41,138 nucleotides of DNA from an uncultured Saprospiraceae bacterium (GCA_937941765.1 CALDGQ010000022.1:1-41138); one strand, 5' to 3'; counted from the first letter of the stretch, positions 18,367 through 28,751 are shown. The notes: generated from the sequence alone by a model not told the origin. Made by a program: numbers and translations.

Positions 18367-19500
18367 TTAACTAACCGCTCCGAGCGGATCAGGTGCTGCC
18401 AAGATCTTAATATCCTCGTTTTTGATATTCTTTTTATACGCTTCTAACAATTCTTTTGTATATTCATAATTTTCATCTTCCTCCGTCATGTCCGCCATTT
18501 TTAAGTGCATCTCTTTTGCCTTTTTTAAGAAACGGAAATCGTTATACAGCATCAATGCCTCTTCAATTTCTTCATTTACTTGACCTTCTTTGTCCATAGC
18601 ACCATAGAATTTTTGAAGGATGGCAGCTGTTGCGAATTTAGGAGTAAAACTTTCTAATTCCGGTTTTTCAGCACCATCCACATTGATGATAATATAAGCA
18701 GCATCTCCATCGTATTCTACTCCTGTTTCTTTGTGGACCATTGCATAATCTTGCGCAGTTCCTTTTACTTTCCCAGGTTTATAATCATTGAATTTTACTT
18801 GATCTTTATTATTGCACATCAAGATCATATGAGCAAAAGAATTGGTCAGTCCACCTTTCCCAAAAGTGAATGATTCAGAATCTTCTAAAAATGGTTGACT
18901 TTCTACAACTGCACCAATTTTGTCAACAATTCCTGTGACCAAAGAACTTCCTAACAATAAACTTGCTTTTGAAGCAAAAACAGGTAAGTTTCCGGCAAAT
19001 GAAAATAGTTTTTTAATTCCATCTGCTGTTTTATTATTGAAAGTATCTGCAATCATTTGAAAAGTACAGATCGTTTCACTAGTGTCTAAGGCAGGTGCAT
19101 AGTAGACAACTTTGCAAGACTCTGTGATTGCTCCAAATTGCATGCGTTGACGTTCCTTGATCTTGCACATCAGGTTTATAGCTTTCAAAGAAGCACCAAA
19201 AGTAGAGTAGCATTTAACTGCAGAAACCACCAATAGCTCCGTTCTTTTTTTCCATTTGCTATTTTCAGGATCGCCTGTATACACACTTAAAATCTCGATA
19301 CTCAACGGTTTACCGATACCAATAGGCGTATAGGCATTGACTAAATCAGTCCCATCACTATCTGAATCACCTCTGGTGACAATACCTGCTGTCTTTTTTG
19401 TACTGTTAGCAACAATGGTTTTTAATTCTCCAGAATCTGATTTCTGTTTTAATTCATCTGGTGTCAAAGCGATATCGCCAAAGAAATGTAGGGTCGCCAT
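18367..19500 (-). CDS. Hypothetical cytoplasmic protein (377 aa) with an acidic C-terminal helical region
   Basis: Intact ORF with no signal peptide, TM segment or recognisable catalytic motif. It is the first gene of a three-gene unit on this strand, with the SemiSWEET and the secreted protein. Confidence 0.55.
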   Translation of the reverse strand: MATLHFFGDIALTPDELKQKSDSGELKTIVANSTKKTAGIVTRGDSDSDGTDLVNAYTPIGIGKPLSIEILSVYTGDPENSKWKKRTELLVVSAVKCYSTFGASLKAINLMCKIKERQRMQFGAITESCKVVYYAPALDTSETICTFQMIADTFNNKTADGIKKLFSFAGNLPVFASKASLLLGSSLVTGIVDKIGAVVESQPFLEDSESFTFGKGGLTNSFAHMILMCNNKDQVKFNDYKPGKVKGTAQDYAMVHKETGVEYDGDAAYIIINVDGAEKPELESFTPKFATAAILQKFYGAMDKEGQVNEEIEEALMLYNDFRFLKKAKEMHLKMADMTEEDENYEYTKELLEAYKKNIKNEDIKILAAPDPLGAVS

Positions 19501-19627
19501 AATTGGTTGTTTTTAGATTTAAATTTAGAAATAAAAGTGAAGGTGAGATTTATTCATATAATTGTATATAATAATACGAATAAATCTATTATTTCTTAGA
19601 AAAAACAAAGAAAAAAACAAAACGTCA

Positions 19628-20611
19628 CTACATTTTTATAAATCGTGTCGTATATAAATCGGTATCATTTTCAAGTATAATCGTATAGGTTCCAGATGGA
19701 AAAATTGAGACAGAAATTTCTTGTTGTATTTTGGAAGTGATTTGTTGAGTTACTAATAATTGACCGATTTGATTATAAATTCTAATAGTACCAGCTTCGG
19801 CTGCATTCGTATTTTCCAATCGCAAAACATCTTCAACCGGATTCGGATACATTTTAAAGCCCGACTCATTAAAATCAAGAATTGCAGTCGCATCTAAATC
19901 TAAAACGCTGAAATCATCGAAAAAATAATAAGCTCCGTAAGTTCCTGGTTCTCCTGAAGCATTTGGATTGGCAAAAAGATTGGTATTATTATCTGTATTA
20001 AAATTCCCGATCGTCATGAATTCGTAATTATCATCAGCAGTAAAATTTGCAGTAACCAAAACCCAATCATCGAAATTTCCTAAATCAATATCAGAAACGA
20101 TTTGTGGACTCACACTAAGTGGTGCCGATCCATTCCCTGAAAGTTGATTGGTAGAAAAATGAATCCCGATTTCTTCAATTTGAAATTCTGTAAAGTCAGC
20201 TAATGATACATAATAATTGATCTCATATGCATGCCCGATGACCATAGGTTCAGACAATTGAGTTTGGACATATTCTCTTTGATTCAAACCATCTATTGAA
20301 AAAAGTCCAGCTCCAAGCATTGCGGTTCCAGAGTTGGGTGTTTGATTTCCTTTGAGTCCGATTGGACCATCATATTGGCTGAAAGGCTGAAAATTATAAC
20401 AACTCGTAGCCACATTCGTAAAATAGACATCAGGTGTTCCATCCGTTGGAGAATTCCAATCCATTATTGTTGTTGTAAAATCACTTGTGTTCATGATACC
20501 GCAAAATGTCTCAGTTACATTTTCAAAACTAGGATTAGGTATTAAATTTTGAGCAGATAATTGAGCCGTGAATATCAATGCAATTAAAAAAGTGGGGATA
20601 GATTTAAGCAT
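19628..20611 (-). CDS. Secreted protein with a type-A T9SS (Por) C-terminal sorting domain
   Basis: N-terminal signal peptide (…AQLSAQN). The C-terminal ~75 aa (FKMYPNPVEDVLRLEN…GTYTIILENDTDLYTTRFIKM) matches the T9SS CTD pattern (YPNP…, conserved G/T/Y and terminal K/R-rich beta strands). Confidence 0.75.
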   Translation of the reverse strand: MLKSIPTFLIALIFTAQLSAQNLIPNPSFENVTETFCGIMNTSDFTTTIMDWNSPTDGTPDVYFTNVATSCYNFQPFSQYDGPIGLKGNQTPNSGTAMLGAGLFSIDGLNQREYVQTQLSEPMVIGHAYEINYYVSLADFTEFQIEEIGIHFSTNQLSGNGSAPLSVSPQIVSDIDLGNFDDWVLVTANFTADDNYEFMTIGNFNTDNNTNLFANPNASGEPGTYGAYYFFDDFSVLDLDATAILDFNESGFKMYPNPVEDVLRLENTNAAEAGTIRIYNQIGQLLVTQQITSKIQQEISVSIFPSGTYTIILENDTDLYTTRFIKM

Positions 20612-20689
20612 AGAAGGGTAGACTGGTTTATGAAATAAATTGGAATCACAACAAGATAACGAATCTCATCATACAATTGTTGAATAATA

Positions 20690-20726
20690 GAAATAAAAAA
20701 AGACCTGTCAAATGAATGACAGGTCT
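20690..20726 (-). terminator. Intrinsic terminator downstream of the flotillin operon (agacctgtca-aatgaa-tgacaggtct followed by TTTTTTATTT on the minus strand)
   Basis: Perfect 10-bp stem with a 6-nt loop and a T-run on the minus strand immediately after the stem. There is also a T-run on the + strand 6 nt downstream. Confidence 0.6.
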
Positions 20727-20753
20727 GATGATTTTTTTTAGAACAATGTATTA

Positions 20754-22178
20754 CTAATCGGTAGTTTTAGTTGGTTTGATGGCTGGTGTACTTCCATTTT
20801 CATTGGTATCCTCTTTTGATTTATTAACCAATGCTTCTGGTAAACTCATTCCACTTTGCTCAAGGAAATCATTCAATTGTGGGACCATGCCGTAAAGACC
20901 TTTTACGAAATTTCCAACACCTTGTCCGTTTCCACTATCGTAAACAACCACCTTGTCGATTTCCATATCTCGAATTGCTGAAGTTTGAATTTGAGCTAAC
21001 TCCGTCAACTTATCAATCATCAAATATCCGATTGCACTTTGAGGATCTCCTCCCGCCGCTTGTACCAATTTAGCAAAACCTTCCGCCTGTTTAGTCAACA
21101 AAGCTTCTTGACCTTGTGCCTGCGCCATGTATTTTGCTAACAATGCATCTGCTTCTCCTTTTGCAGTTTCTCTCTGACGCTCTGCTTCCGCTTCTGCAGC
21201 GATGACTGCCTTTTGCTTTTCAATGGAAGCATCAACAACTTCATCTGCTTGTTTCTTTGCCAACTCCATTTTTGCACGTGCATCTTCCGCTTCTCTTTCT
21301 GCGACATAAGACTCTTCCAATGCTTTTGCGCTTGCTACTTTTTTCGCAGCTGTTGCTTTACGTTCTGCCTCTGCGATTTCGATATCTCTTAGTGCATCAG
21401 AGTTTGCGATTTTAATACTCGCTTCGTTTTTACCAGCAGCAGCCTTTGCCAATGCAGTTGCTTCACCGACTTCTGCTCGTGAGTTGGCATCAGAAACTTG
21501 CGTTCTTTGATCTTGCTGCGCTTCCGCCTGACCAATTGCACCCGTTCTTTCCTCATTTGCTACTTTAATTCTTGCATCGTTGATTGCTTTTGCCGCCGCT
21601 TCCTTACCTAATGCTTGGATATATCCAGACTCATCTTGGATGTCGGTAACGTTTACGTTGATCAGTGCAAGACCGATTTTGTTCAATTCTTTACCAACAT
21701 TTAGGTAAACGGAATCTACAAATTTATCTCTATCTGTATTCAATTCCTCAATGTCCATATTTGCAATTACCAATCGCATTTGACCCATAATAATATCGTG
21801 TGCCAATGAGCGAATCGATGGTTGATCTAAACCTAACAATCTTTCTGCAGCAGCCAACATTAAGTCTGGCTGATTACTGACACCTACTGTAAATTGTGCA
21901 GGTACAGAAACACGAATGTTTTGTTTAGAAAGTGCATCTTGCAAATTGACATCAATACTTATTGGCGTCAAATCTAGATACCGATAATCTTGAATCACAG
22001 GCCATACAAAAGTGGCTCCACCAGCATAGCATTTTGCAGATTCTCCTCCACCAGTAGCACCATAAACGACAAGGATTTTGTCGGAAGGACATCTACGATA
22101 TCTGCTAATAATGAAAACTGTGATTAAGACAATTAGGATAACAATGAATCCTACTAACATAATAATTTCACTACCCAT
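20754..22178 (-). CDS. Flotillin-like SPFH/band-7 domain protein (YqiK/FloT-like)
   Basis: N-terminal TM helix, an SPFH domain, then a long Ala/Glu/Lys-rich coiled-coil region (EA repeats) typical of flotillins. It follows an NfeD-like gene. Confidence 0.85.
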   Translation of the reverse strand: MGSEIIMLVGFIVILIVLITVFIISRYRRCPSDKILVVYGATGGGESAKCYAGGATFVWPVIQDYRYLDLTPISIDVNLQDALSKQNIRVSVPAQFTVGVSNQPDLMLAAAERLLGLDQPSIRSLAHDIIMGQMRLVIANMDIEELNTDRDKFVDSVYLNVGKELNKIGLALINVNVTDIQDESGYIQALGKEAAAKAINDARIKVANEERTGAIGQAEAQQDQRTQVSDANSRAEVGEATALAKAAAGKNEASIKIANSDALRDIEIAEAERKATAAKKVASAKALEESYVAEREAEDARAKMELAKKQADEVVDASIEKQKAVIAAEAEAERQRETAKGEADALLAKYMAQAQGQEALLTKQAEGFAKLVQAAGGDPQSAIGYLMIDKLTELAQIQTSAIRDMEIDKVVVYDSGNGQGVGNFVKGLYGMVPQLNDFLEQSGMSLPEALVNKSKEDTNENGSTPAIKPTKTTD

Positions 22179-22198
22179 AATTTATAAAGTTTTGTTTG

Positions 22199-22732
22199 TT
22201 ATTCTTTTTCTTCCTGAACCACGATCACATAATTTTCATCCACTTCAACTATTTTCACAGGTGATCCAGTAATTATTTCTTTATTATCAAAAGATTTTGC
22301 TTTTAATTCTCGATTGGTTCCTTTAATTTTTACATGAACAATTCCTTCTCCTTTTGATGCAGGAATTTTTAAATAAACTTCTCCTTTTTGAAAAAGCGCG
22401 TCTTCCATATCCCAGTTCACATTTTCAGCACTTTTCAACAATAGTTTTACAATGCTACTTAGTAATAAAAAGGCAAGTAATCCACAGATAACTCCGATTG
22501 CAACTGCAATACCAGGATGTTTTCCACCTACAAGAATTATTTTCATAACCCAAGTACTTACGGAGATAAAGGTTAAAGCTCCTTTTATGAGTCCCAATCC
22601 TCCAGCATCCACATCTACATCGCCACCACCAATATCTAATTCCAAGTCCAGACCACCGATTAATGATAATAAAAGCATTAGGATTAAAAGTCCTCCAGTG
22701 ACTAGTGATACGTATGTTAGTATTTCAATCAT
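22199..22732 (-). CDS. NfeD-like membrane protein (YqiJ-like) partnered with flotillin
   Basis: N-terminal TM helices, a Gly/Asp-rich linker, a second membrane segment and a C-terminal OB-fold-like soluble domain. Gene order NfeD then flotillin. Confidence 0.7.
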   Translation of the reverse strand: MIEILTYVSLVTGGLLILMLLLSLIGGLDLELDIGGGDVDVDAGGLGLIKGALTFISVSTWVMKIILVGGKHPGIAVAIGVICGLLAFLLLSSIVKLLLKSAENVNWDMEDALFQKGEVYLKIPASKGEGIVHVKIKGTNRELKAKSFDNKEIITGSPVKIVEVDENYVIVVQEEKE

Positions 22733-23289
22733 TTTACTTAAATTTAATTGCTTAAAATTTAACTTATAGGCTAGGATTTAACACCCTGCTTACAAGCTAG
22801 TGTTTATCTTGCTTAACATAAAAATAGTATTCGACTATTTTTCAACAAGTTAATCAATGTCTGTATCAAATTAACATAATATTAAGACTTCTTAGTTCAT
22901 TCTTACCCTTCAATTAGTCTAATGTTTCACGATGTTGGTCGAACTAGCACGAAAAATCGGAATTATTTGTCTTTGTAAATGAACTTACTTTATTTTGATG
23001 AGATGAAAAAGATACTAGACGATAAAGAAGAACGGGTTGTCAATATATTTGATAAGTAAATTTATGGCTGCACCATTTGGTCGTTTAATGCAAATTTGGT
23101 CGAAGAAAAGAAACATGCTGAATTTTACAACAAATTGTGCACAAAGTAATTGTAAAACTAACGCTCGGAGAGTTGACCAAATATTAAAATAAGCATATTA
23201 AAGTAAAAAATCAGTTGCAAATTTGATAATGTTGTATAACGCTCAGAGCGTTTTAGATAAAGAAATTATTAGAAAAAAGGAACTTTATT

Positions 23290-23892
23290 TTGATACAAGC
23301 AAATTATAAAGACAAAGCATTAGTAGTTGATATATTGACTTCGGCATTTGAAAATTATACAGACGCCAATCAGATCAATTTGGTAGTTGGATATGGAGCA
23401 GATCGAGTTCAAAAAATGCAAGTTTTAATGGCCTATTTATTCGAAAATGCCATGTTATTTGGAAAAGTTTATTTGTCAGATGATAAAAAAGGAGTGCTAT
23501 TATTGAAATTTTCAGAAAAAGAGAAAACGACTTTAAAAACCATCTTATTAGATATAGAATTAGCGTTTAAATGCATCGGTCTAACCAATGTGCCGAAGGT
23601 ATTGAAGCGACAACGACTGGTCAAAAAAAATCATCCAAAAGAAGATCATGTTTCTCCTATGATTTTTGGTGTCAAACCTGAAGTGAAAGGAAAATTAACC
23701 GCTGCTAGATTAATCCAACAAGTAATGCGCAAACACGCAGACAATAAATTACCCATCATCATTGACACCGTGTCGGCATATAATTTAAAACTATATCAGA
23801 AGTTCGGATTTAAAATTGTGCGAAAGGAAATGAGCTTGGACTTCCCGGTATATTTTTTAATGAAAACGGTTGACGGTGAACGGCAGGACTGA
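23290..23892 (+). CDS. Putative GNAT-fold acetyltransferase-like protein (TTG start per ORF track)
   Basis: The C-terminal YQKFGFKIV resembles GNAT motif B. No clear motif A. Size is appropriate at 200 aa. Confidence 0.4.
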   Translation: MIQANYKDKALVVDILTSAFENYTDANQINLVVGYGADRVQKMQVLMAYLFENAMLFGKVYLSDDKKGVLLLKFSEKEKTTLKTILLDIELAFKCIGLTNVPKVLKRQRLVKKNHPKEDHVSPMIFGVKPEVKGKLTAARLIQQVMRKHADNKLPIIIDTVSAYNLKLYQKFGFKIVRKEMSLDFPVYFLMKTVDGERQD

Positions 23893-23909
23893 TAACGAGA
23901 AATACGTGA

Positions 23910-23955
23910 GGAGTACGTATGCACACATAATTCACACATAATGCACACGTACTCC
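23910..23955. terminator. Hairpin (ggagtacgt … acgtactcc) with a 28-nt loop carrying cacacataat-like direct repeats, between convergent genes; possible bidirectional terminator
   Basis: 9-bp perfect inverted repeat read directly. It lies between the GNAT-like gene stop (23892) and the thioredoxin stop (23973). Confidence 0.35.
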
Positions 23956-23972
23956 CCGTTAACCGTTCCTCG

Positions 23973-24332
23973 TCATCCGTCCACCGTATTTACATACTCA
24001 TCAATTATCTCCTGCAAATTCGGCTTAGGAATCAATCCAGCGTATCGCTCGGTCATTTCACCCTTATTAAAAAAGATTAGGGTAGGAATCGACTTAACTT
24101 TAAAATGTGCACTTAATTCTGGATTCGCTTCTGTATTGACTTTGGCGACCAGCGCTGTTCCTTCGTTTTCTTCCGCCAATTCATCGATAATAGGACCGAG
24201 TACTTTGCAAGGACCACACCAATCTGCATAAAAATCTAACAATACAGGCACTTCAGACTTGAGTACGAGTTCTTCAAAATTATCTTTTGTGATTTGAGTT
24301 GTTTGGTATTTAGGCTTCTTCTTCCAGAACAT
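23973..24332 (-). CDS. trxA: Thioredoxin
   Basis: Canonical WCGPCK active site and a conserved thioredoxin fold length for the core domain (~105 aa), plus a short N-terminal extension. Confidence 0.9.
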   Translation of the reverse strand: MFWKKKPKYQTTQITKDNFEELVLKSEVPVLLDFYADWCGPCKVLGPIIDELAEENEGTALVAKVNTEANPELSAHFKVKSIPTLIFFNKGEMTERYAGLIPKPNLQEIIDEYVNTVDG

Positions 24333-24434
24333 ATTATTACAGAATTTGTGTCCTAGTTTAACACCAATAAAAGGAAATTGTTGCTCCAGTAGAATCGAAG
24401 TGAATTCATTGTCAAGGCTCGGACAAAAAAATGC

Positions 24435-24653
24435 TTAATTGATATTAGTATCTTTTGTTTTGAGGCTGTCCTGATTATTAGGATCCGTGATGGACTTTTC
24501 CAAATGATTAGATTTCGCTAATTGTTCTGAAAATATTGATTTTGAAATGTTATTGTTGGAATAAATTTCCCATTGGAAAAAATCAGTAAGCAATGCGATG
24601 TTTAGACAAGCCAACACCATAATTGGTACGAGATATTTGAAATTGATTTTCAT
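24435..24653 (-). CDS. Small hypothetical secreted protein (72 aa)
   Basis: ORF with an N-terminal hydrophobic segment (LVPIMVLACLNIALL). No other support. Confidence 0.3.
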   Translation of the reverse strand: MKINFKYLVPIMVLACLNIALLTDFFQWEIYSNNNISKSIFSEQLAKSNHLEKSITDPNNQDSLKTKDTNIN

Positions 24654-25315
24654 ATGATGGAAGGTTTATGAGGTTTCTCTATTGCAAATCTAATACAATA
24701 CAAGGTACTATGCAATACATAGTAGTGATTTGTTTGTGTTTTAACATTTGCAGAAATACACCATTATGTTGTAACTCACTGATAAATAATAACTAACGCT
24801 TAAATAAGATAGAAAGTGTAAATAAGTATTATTTTTTCGATTCTGAACTTAATTGCCTTTTAAGCCTAACAAATCTTCAAAATTTGAAACATGAACCAAT
24901 CAAAACGTAAATCATTTAGAGCGCGTTATTAAGGCAATTTAATCAATCATATATTCAGCTATGTCGTATAATAACTATTTGAACGAGGGATTTCTAAGCG
25001 ATGATCGTCATAAGACTTTATTTTTGGAGTTCATTTAGAAATAAAAGAATGGACAGATTGGTTTCTATTGATAGAGATTATAAAAAATGAGACGAATTTA
25101 CTTTTTTGTGTTTCAGTAAATTAATTGACAAAGCATCAAATATAAACAGTACAATTTACTATGAATTAGCTTTAAAGTTTGAAGTCCAACATTACCTATT
25201 AACTTTGCGGAGGTTAAAGTGAAAAAAAAGAATCGATAGATCTAAATACGACTGACTATTTGTAGATTTCACCAACTAAATGACAAGGGACTTTTTGAAA
25301 ATAAAATAAAACCAA

Positions 25316-26065
25316 ATGTTCGATATAGATTTAATGAACTTTAATCCAGAAGCGCCCAACTTCTTGGTCATGCTTATAACTGCGTTGTTCGCTTTTTTCC
25401 TTTCTTCTGTTATTGCAGTTACTTATGAGTTCACCACTAAAAGTATTTATCGAAGAAATCATTTTTTACAATCTTTGGCACTCATTGGTGTGGTAGCTGC
25501 TACGATTTTGCAAGCCATTGGAGAAAGTGTTGCGATTGGGTTAGGTATTATTGGAGCTTTATCTATCATCCGTTTTAGAACTTCATTGAATGACCCACGA
25601 AACATGACTTTTATGTTTGCTTCTTTGGGGTCTGGAATTGCTTGCGGTGTCATGGGATTTGGTATCGCCACAACAGGAACTTTGGTTTTTTGTTTAGGAG
25701 CTGTTATATTAAGACTATCTCCGCTGAATGATAATAATGAACTGATCGGCGAAATAAAATTACGGGTACCAAAAGAGGAGCGATATCAAAAAATAATAGA
25801 AAAAGAATTGAAAACCTTTTGCAGAAGTTTTGAATTGAACCAACTTCGGTTTTTGAAAGCAAGAAAGTTGAAGCCACTGGAAGAAGGTGAAACGCCACCC
25901 ATCGATACGATTGAAAAAGTTGATAGAGAAAAATTACAAGAATTTATTTATTTAATTCGATTGAAAAAATCCGCAACAGTAACAGCAATAGAAACAAAGA
26001 TGAGCAACATTGATGGCTTAGAAGATATTCGAATAAGTTTCCAAAAACAAACTACTAAACTGTAA
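25316..26065 (+). CDS. Integral membrane protein, DUF4956-like (4 TM N-terminal region plus a charged C-terminal domain)
   Basis: Hydrophobic helices and the motif LSIIRFRTSLNDPRNMTF, which is reminiscent of DUF4956-family proteins. It is the first gene of the operon with HlyD and TolC-like genes. Confidence 0.55.
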   Translation: MFDIDLMNFNPEAPNFLVMLITALFAFFLSSVIAVTYEFTTKSIYRRNHFLQSLALIGVVAATILQAIGESVAIGLGIIGALSIIRFRTSLNDPRNMTFMFASLGSGIACGVMGFGIATTGTLVFCLGAVILRLSPLNDNNELIGEIKLRVPKEERYQKIIEKELKTFCRSFELNQLRFLKARKLKPLEEGETPPIDTIEKVDREKLQEFIYLIRLKKSATVTAIETKMSNIDGLEDIRISFQKQTTKL

Positions 26066-26070
26066 TTGAT

Positions 26071-27087
26071 ATGCGATTTTTCAACTTGTTTTATATAGCA
26101 ATAATTGCTACGGGCTTTGCTCTTTTTTCTTTGCTTCGACCTGATTTTCATCAAGAATTATCATTTTACGGATTTGCGGAAAGTAGAGCTACAGAGATTA
26201 ATTATAATTACCCAATAGTTGTCGAACAAATATTGGTTAAACCAGGACAGGCGGTCAAAGCAGGTGACGTTCTCATGCATCTGTCAAGAAGAAAATCAAA
26301 AGAAACATTAGAGGATCAGAGTTTTCGAATCGCAGAATTGAAAGCCGAGGAAGCTTTGTGGAGACAAAAGCAAGAAAATCAAATCGGAGCATTAGAAATG
26401 GATCAGCAAACTAAGCTGTCTGAAATTGATGCAAAAATAAAAAGCACGCAAAGTGAACTCGCCTATAAAAAATCATTAGTCGAAGGCCTTAGTTCTATTG
26501 AACCAGTAGAGACTTCTTATAAACCGCTGGAAGATGCAATCAAAAGATTCGAACAGGAGAAAACTGATTTGATTCAATTTTATGCATTCAAAATCAAAAG
26601 TATCAATGAAGAAGTTTCATTAGGACAAAATCCATATCGTGAACAAATTAAAAGATTGATCGCGGAACAAAAGTTTGATGAATCCCAAAAAGTTCAGCCC
26701 ATTGTTGTAACGGCACCTAGTGATGGCTTAGTCGGAAATATTTCTTGTAAAGAGGCAGAACATATCGCTTCTTATTCTACCTTATTGATTTTTTACGAAC
26801 CGCATTCCCGTATCATCAAAGGTTTTGTACACGAAGATTTGACTTTGGAAGTTGAAATAGGCCAAGAATTTACCATTTCTAGCTTGAAAGATGAAACGAT
26901 TAGTTATCCAGGAAAAGTGATTGGACTTGGTTCACGAATCGTTGAGATTCCTGCACGTGTCAGAAAAGTAGAAATGGTCAAAGCTTATGGGCGTGAAGTA
27001 CTAATTGAGATTTCAAAGGATAACTCTTTTCTGCAAAAAGAAAAGGTTAGTATAAAAATTACTTCTAAAGATCCATCTAAATTTTAG
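26071..27087 (+). CDS. HlyD-family membrane fusion (periplasmic adaptor) protein
   Basis: N-terminal TM anchor, a biotin-lipoyl-like hairpin (VKPGQAVKAGDVLMHL), a long coiled-coil and a C-terminal beta-barrel-like region. The start is 5 bp after the upstream gene's stop. Confidence 0.8.
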   Translation: MRFFNLFYIAIIATGFALFSLLRPDFHQELSFYGFAESRATEINYNYPIVVEQILVKPGQAVKAGDVLMHLSRRKSKETLEDQSFRIAELKAEEALWRQKQENQIGALEMDQQTKLSEIDAKIKSTQSELAYKKSLVEGLSSIEPVETSYKPLEDAIKRFEQEKTDLIQFYAFKIKSINEEVSLGQNPYREQIKRLIAEQKFDESQKVQPIVVTAPSDGLVGNISCKEAEHIASYSTLLIFYEPHSRIIKGFVHEDLTLEVEIGQEFTISSLKDETISYPGKVIGLGSRIVEIPARVRKVEMVKAYGREVLIEISKDNSFLQKEKVSIKITSKDPSKF

Positions 27088-27090
27088 AAA

Positions 27091-28287
27091 ATGCGTTTAA
27101 TAATTTTTTGCCTTTTCCTTCCATGTATTTGCTTTTCACAACAAACCATTAACGCGACGCAGTTTTTTGATAACGGATTAGCTGGTTTTGTGCAAGCTGA
27201 AAAAACGACGGGGAAAAAAGTAAATTTCCCTTGGATCGACCAATATGAACTCCGAACAGAAACCCGAGATTTTGATTTAGGCAAACAGGAATATACTTTA
27301 CGAGTATCACCGAGTTCTGGAAAAATACGAAAGGCACAAAAAGCATTTTACGAAGAATTGATAAATGCTCCAGATTTTGATGCGCAGGAAATCTTTTGTG
27401 ATTTAGCGTTGGTGCTGCAGGATGACTGGCTTTCACTTTTTATTCTGAATGAAAACCAAAGTGTCATGGACGAATTGGTTGTAATATTAAAGGACAAACA
27501 AACCATCTATGAAAGGATGATGGGAACTTACGAGTTCAATCCACAAAAATTGTTGAGACTACAAACTGAAAAAAGTGATCTTGAAATCACACTTAATGAG
27601 ATTAAACTAGAAAAGGATTTTCTTTTGAATAAATATGGAATTGAGGGACAAGAAATAGATTTTGGAGATTTTGCTACAGTTGAATCCATTTCAGAATACT
27701 TGGCGAACAACGTCCTTAGTCAAAACCAATCTACTATAACAGATGTAGAAGTCGAATACAAAAAACAGTTGCTTTTAAAAGAAATGGAACTAGAATCATC
27801 TGAGGAAAAACGATTGATTGATTTTGCACAAATTAAATACACAGGCCCTCATGATGATCTGATTCAAGAAAGAATTTCAATTGGAATGGGTATTCAGTTT
27901 TCCAATTCTGGCAATACAAAATTGAAAATGCAGGAATTAAAATTGCAACAAGAAGAACTTGAGCGAGAATCCGAAAGAGACATTCAAAAGATTCAAACAA
28001 GATCAGTCGCTTTTGAAAACAAACTACAAAGAGATATTCAAACTTATTTTCTGTTTCAAAAAACAATGCAGGAAGAAAAAACGCAATTGGAAGAAATGAG
28101 TAGCAAAATTTCTCAAAAAGAAGGGACCTCTCCACTATTTTTACTAGAAATAAAAGAAAGACATCTTTTTATGAAAGCTAAATCCCTAAATAAAAAAGAA
28201 GACTTATTACGGGACTACCTAAAATATTTACATCAGTCCGGCAAAATGTGCGAGTCTGCTACATTTACCAATTATCTGATTCCATAA
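27091..28287 (+). CDS. TolC-like outer-membrane efflux protein (short, 398 aa)
   Basis: Signal peptide (MRLIIFCLFLPCICFSQQ) and extensive coiled-coil heptads with tandem internal repeats, as in OEP/TolC. It follows the HlyD gene with a 3-bp gap. Confidence 0.5.
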   Translation: MRLIIFCLFLPCICFSQQTINATQFFDNGLAGFVQAEKTTGKKVNFPWIDQYELRTETRDFDLGKQEYTLRVSPSSGKIRKAQKAFYEELINAPDFDAQEIFCDLALVLQDDWLSLFILNENQSVMDELVVILKDKQTIYERMMGTYEFNPQKLLRLQTEKSDLEITLNEIKLEKDFLLNKYGIEGQEIDFGDFATVESISEYLANNVLSQNQSTITDVEVEYKKQLLLKEMELESSEEKRLIDFAQIKYTGPHDDLIQERISIGMGIQFSNSGNTKLKMQELKLQQEELERESERDIQKIQTRSVAFENKLQRDIQTYFLFQKTMQEEKTQLEEMSSKISQKEGTSPLFLLEIKERHLFMKAKSLNKKEDLLRDYLKYLHQSGKMCESATFTNYLIP

Positions 28288-28751
28288 AGGAAACAAGAAC
28301 CATTTAATTTGAGAAAGGGAAGATAGAATTTGTTTTGAATACAGTATAATTACAAATTCATTCCTTTTTTTAATAGGGATCTTAGAATTAATCCAAAATA
28401 TTGATAATCAGCAGTTTGGATTATAATATTCTCTTATCATTTTAACAATTTTGCCTAAAAAATTTCAAAACCGGGGTGATAGAATAAATTCAACATCGTA
28501 TTCAAATTGTTATATATTAGCTTTAGAAAGCCATGAGCAGAATTTTGAAGCGGGTGGCGGATTTTAAATGTTTGAGGGACGAGTTTTTAAAATCTAGAAT
28601 TTTGGTTACTTTTTTTCAATTGAAAAAGTAACAAGAATAGACTCCTTGAAAATCAAAAATCGGATTGAAGTGATATTGATTCTTATTCAAATTTAATGAA
28701 ATTCGAATTTTTCGCATTCGAGAATAAAAATTTATTATTCCTGATTACGCC

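Noticed and set aside
28590-28640. Palindrome gttactttttttcaattgaaaaagtaac in the 460-bp gap after the TolC-like gene
   Set aside because: An AT-rich stem without a following T-run on either strand, 300 bp from the nearest stop codon. It is more likely a chance palindrome or a protein-binding site than a terminator, and there is not enough evidence to call it.
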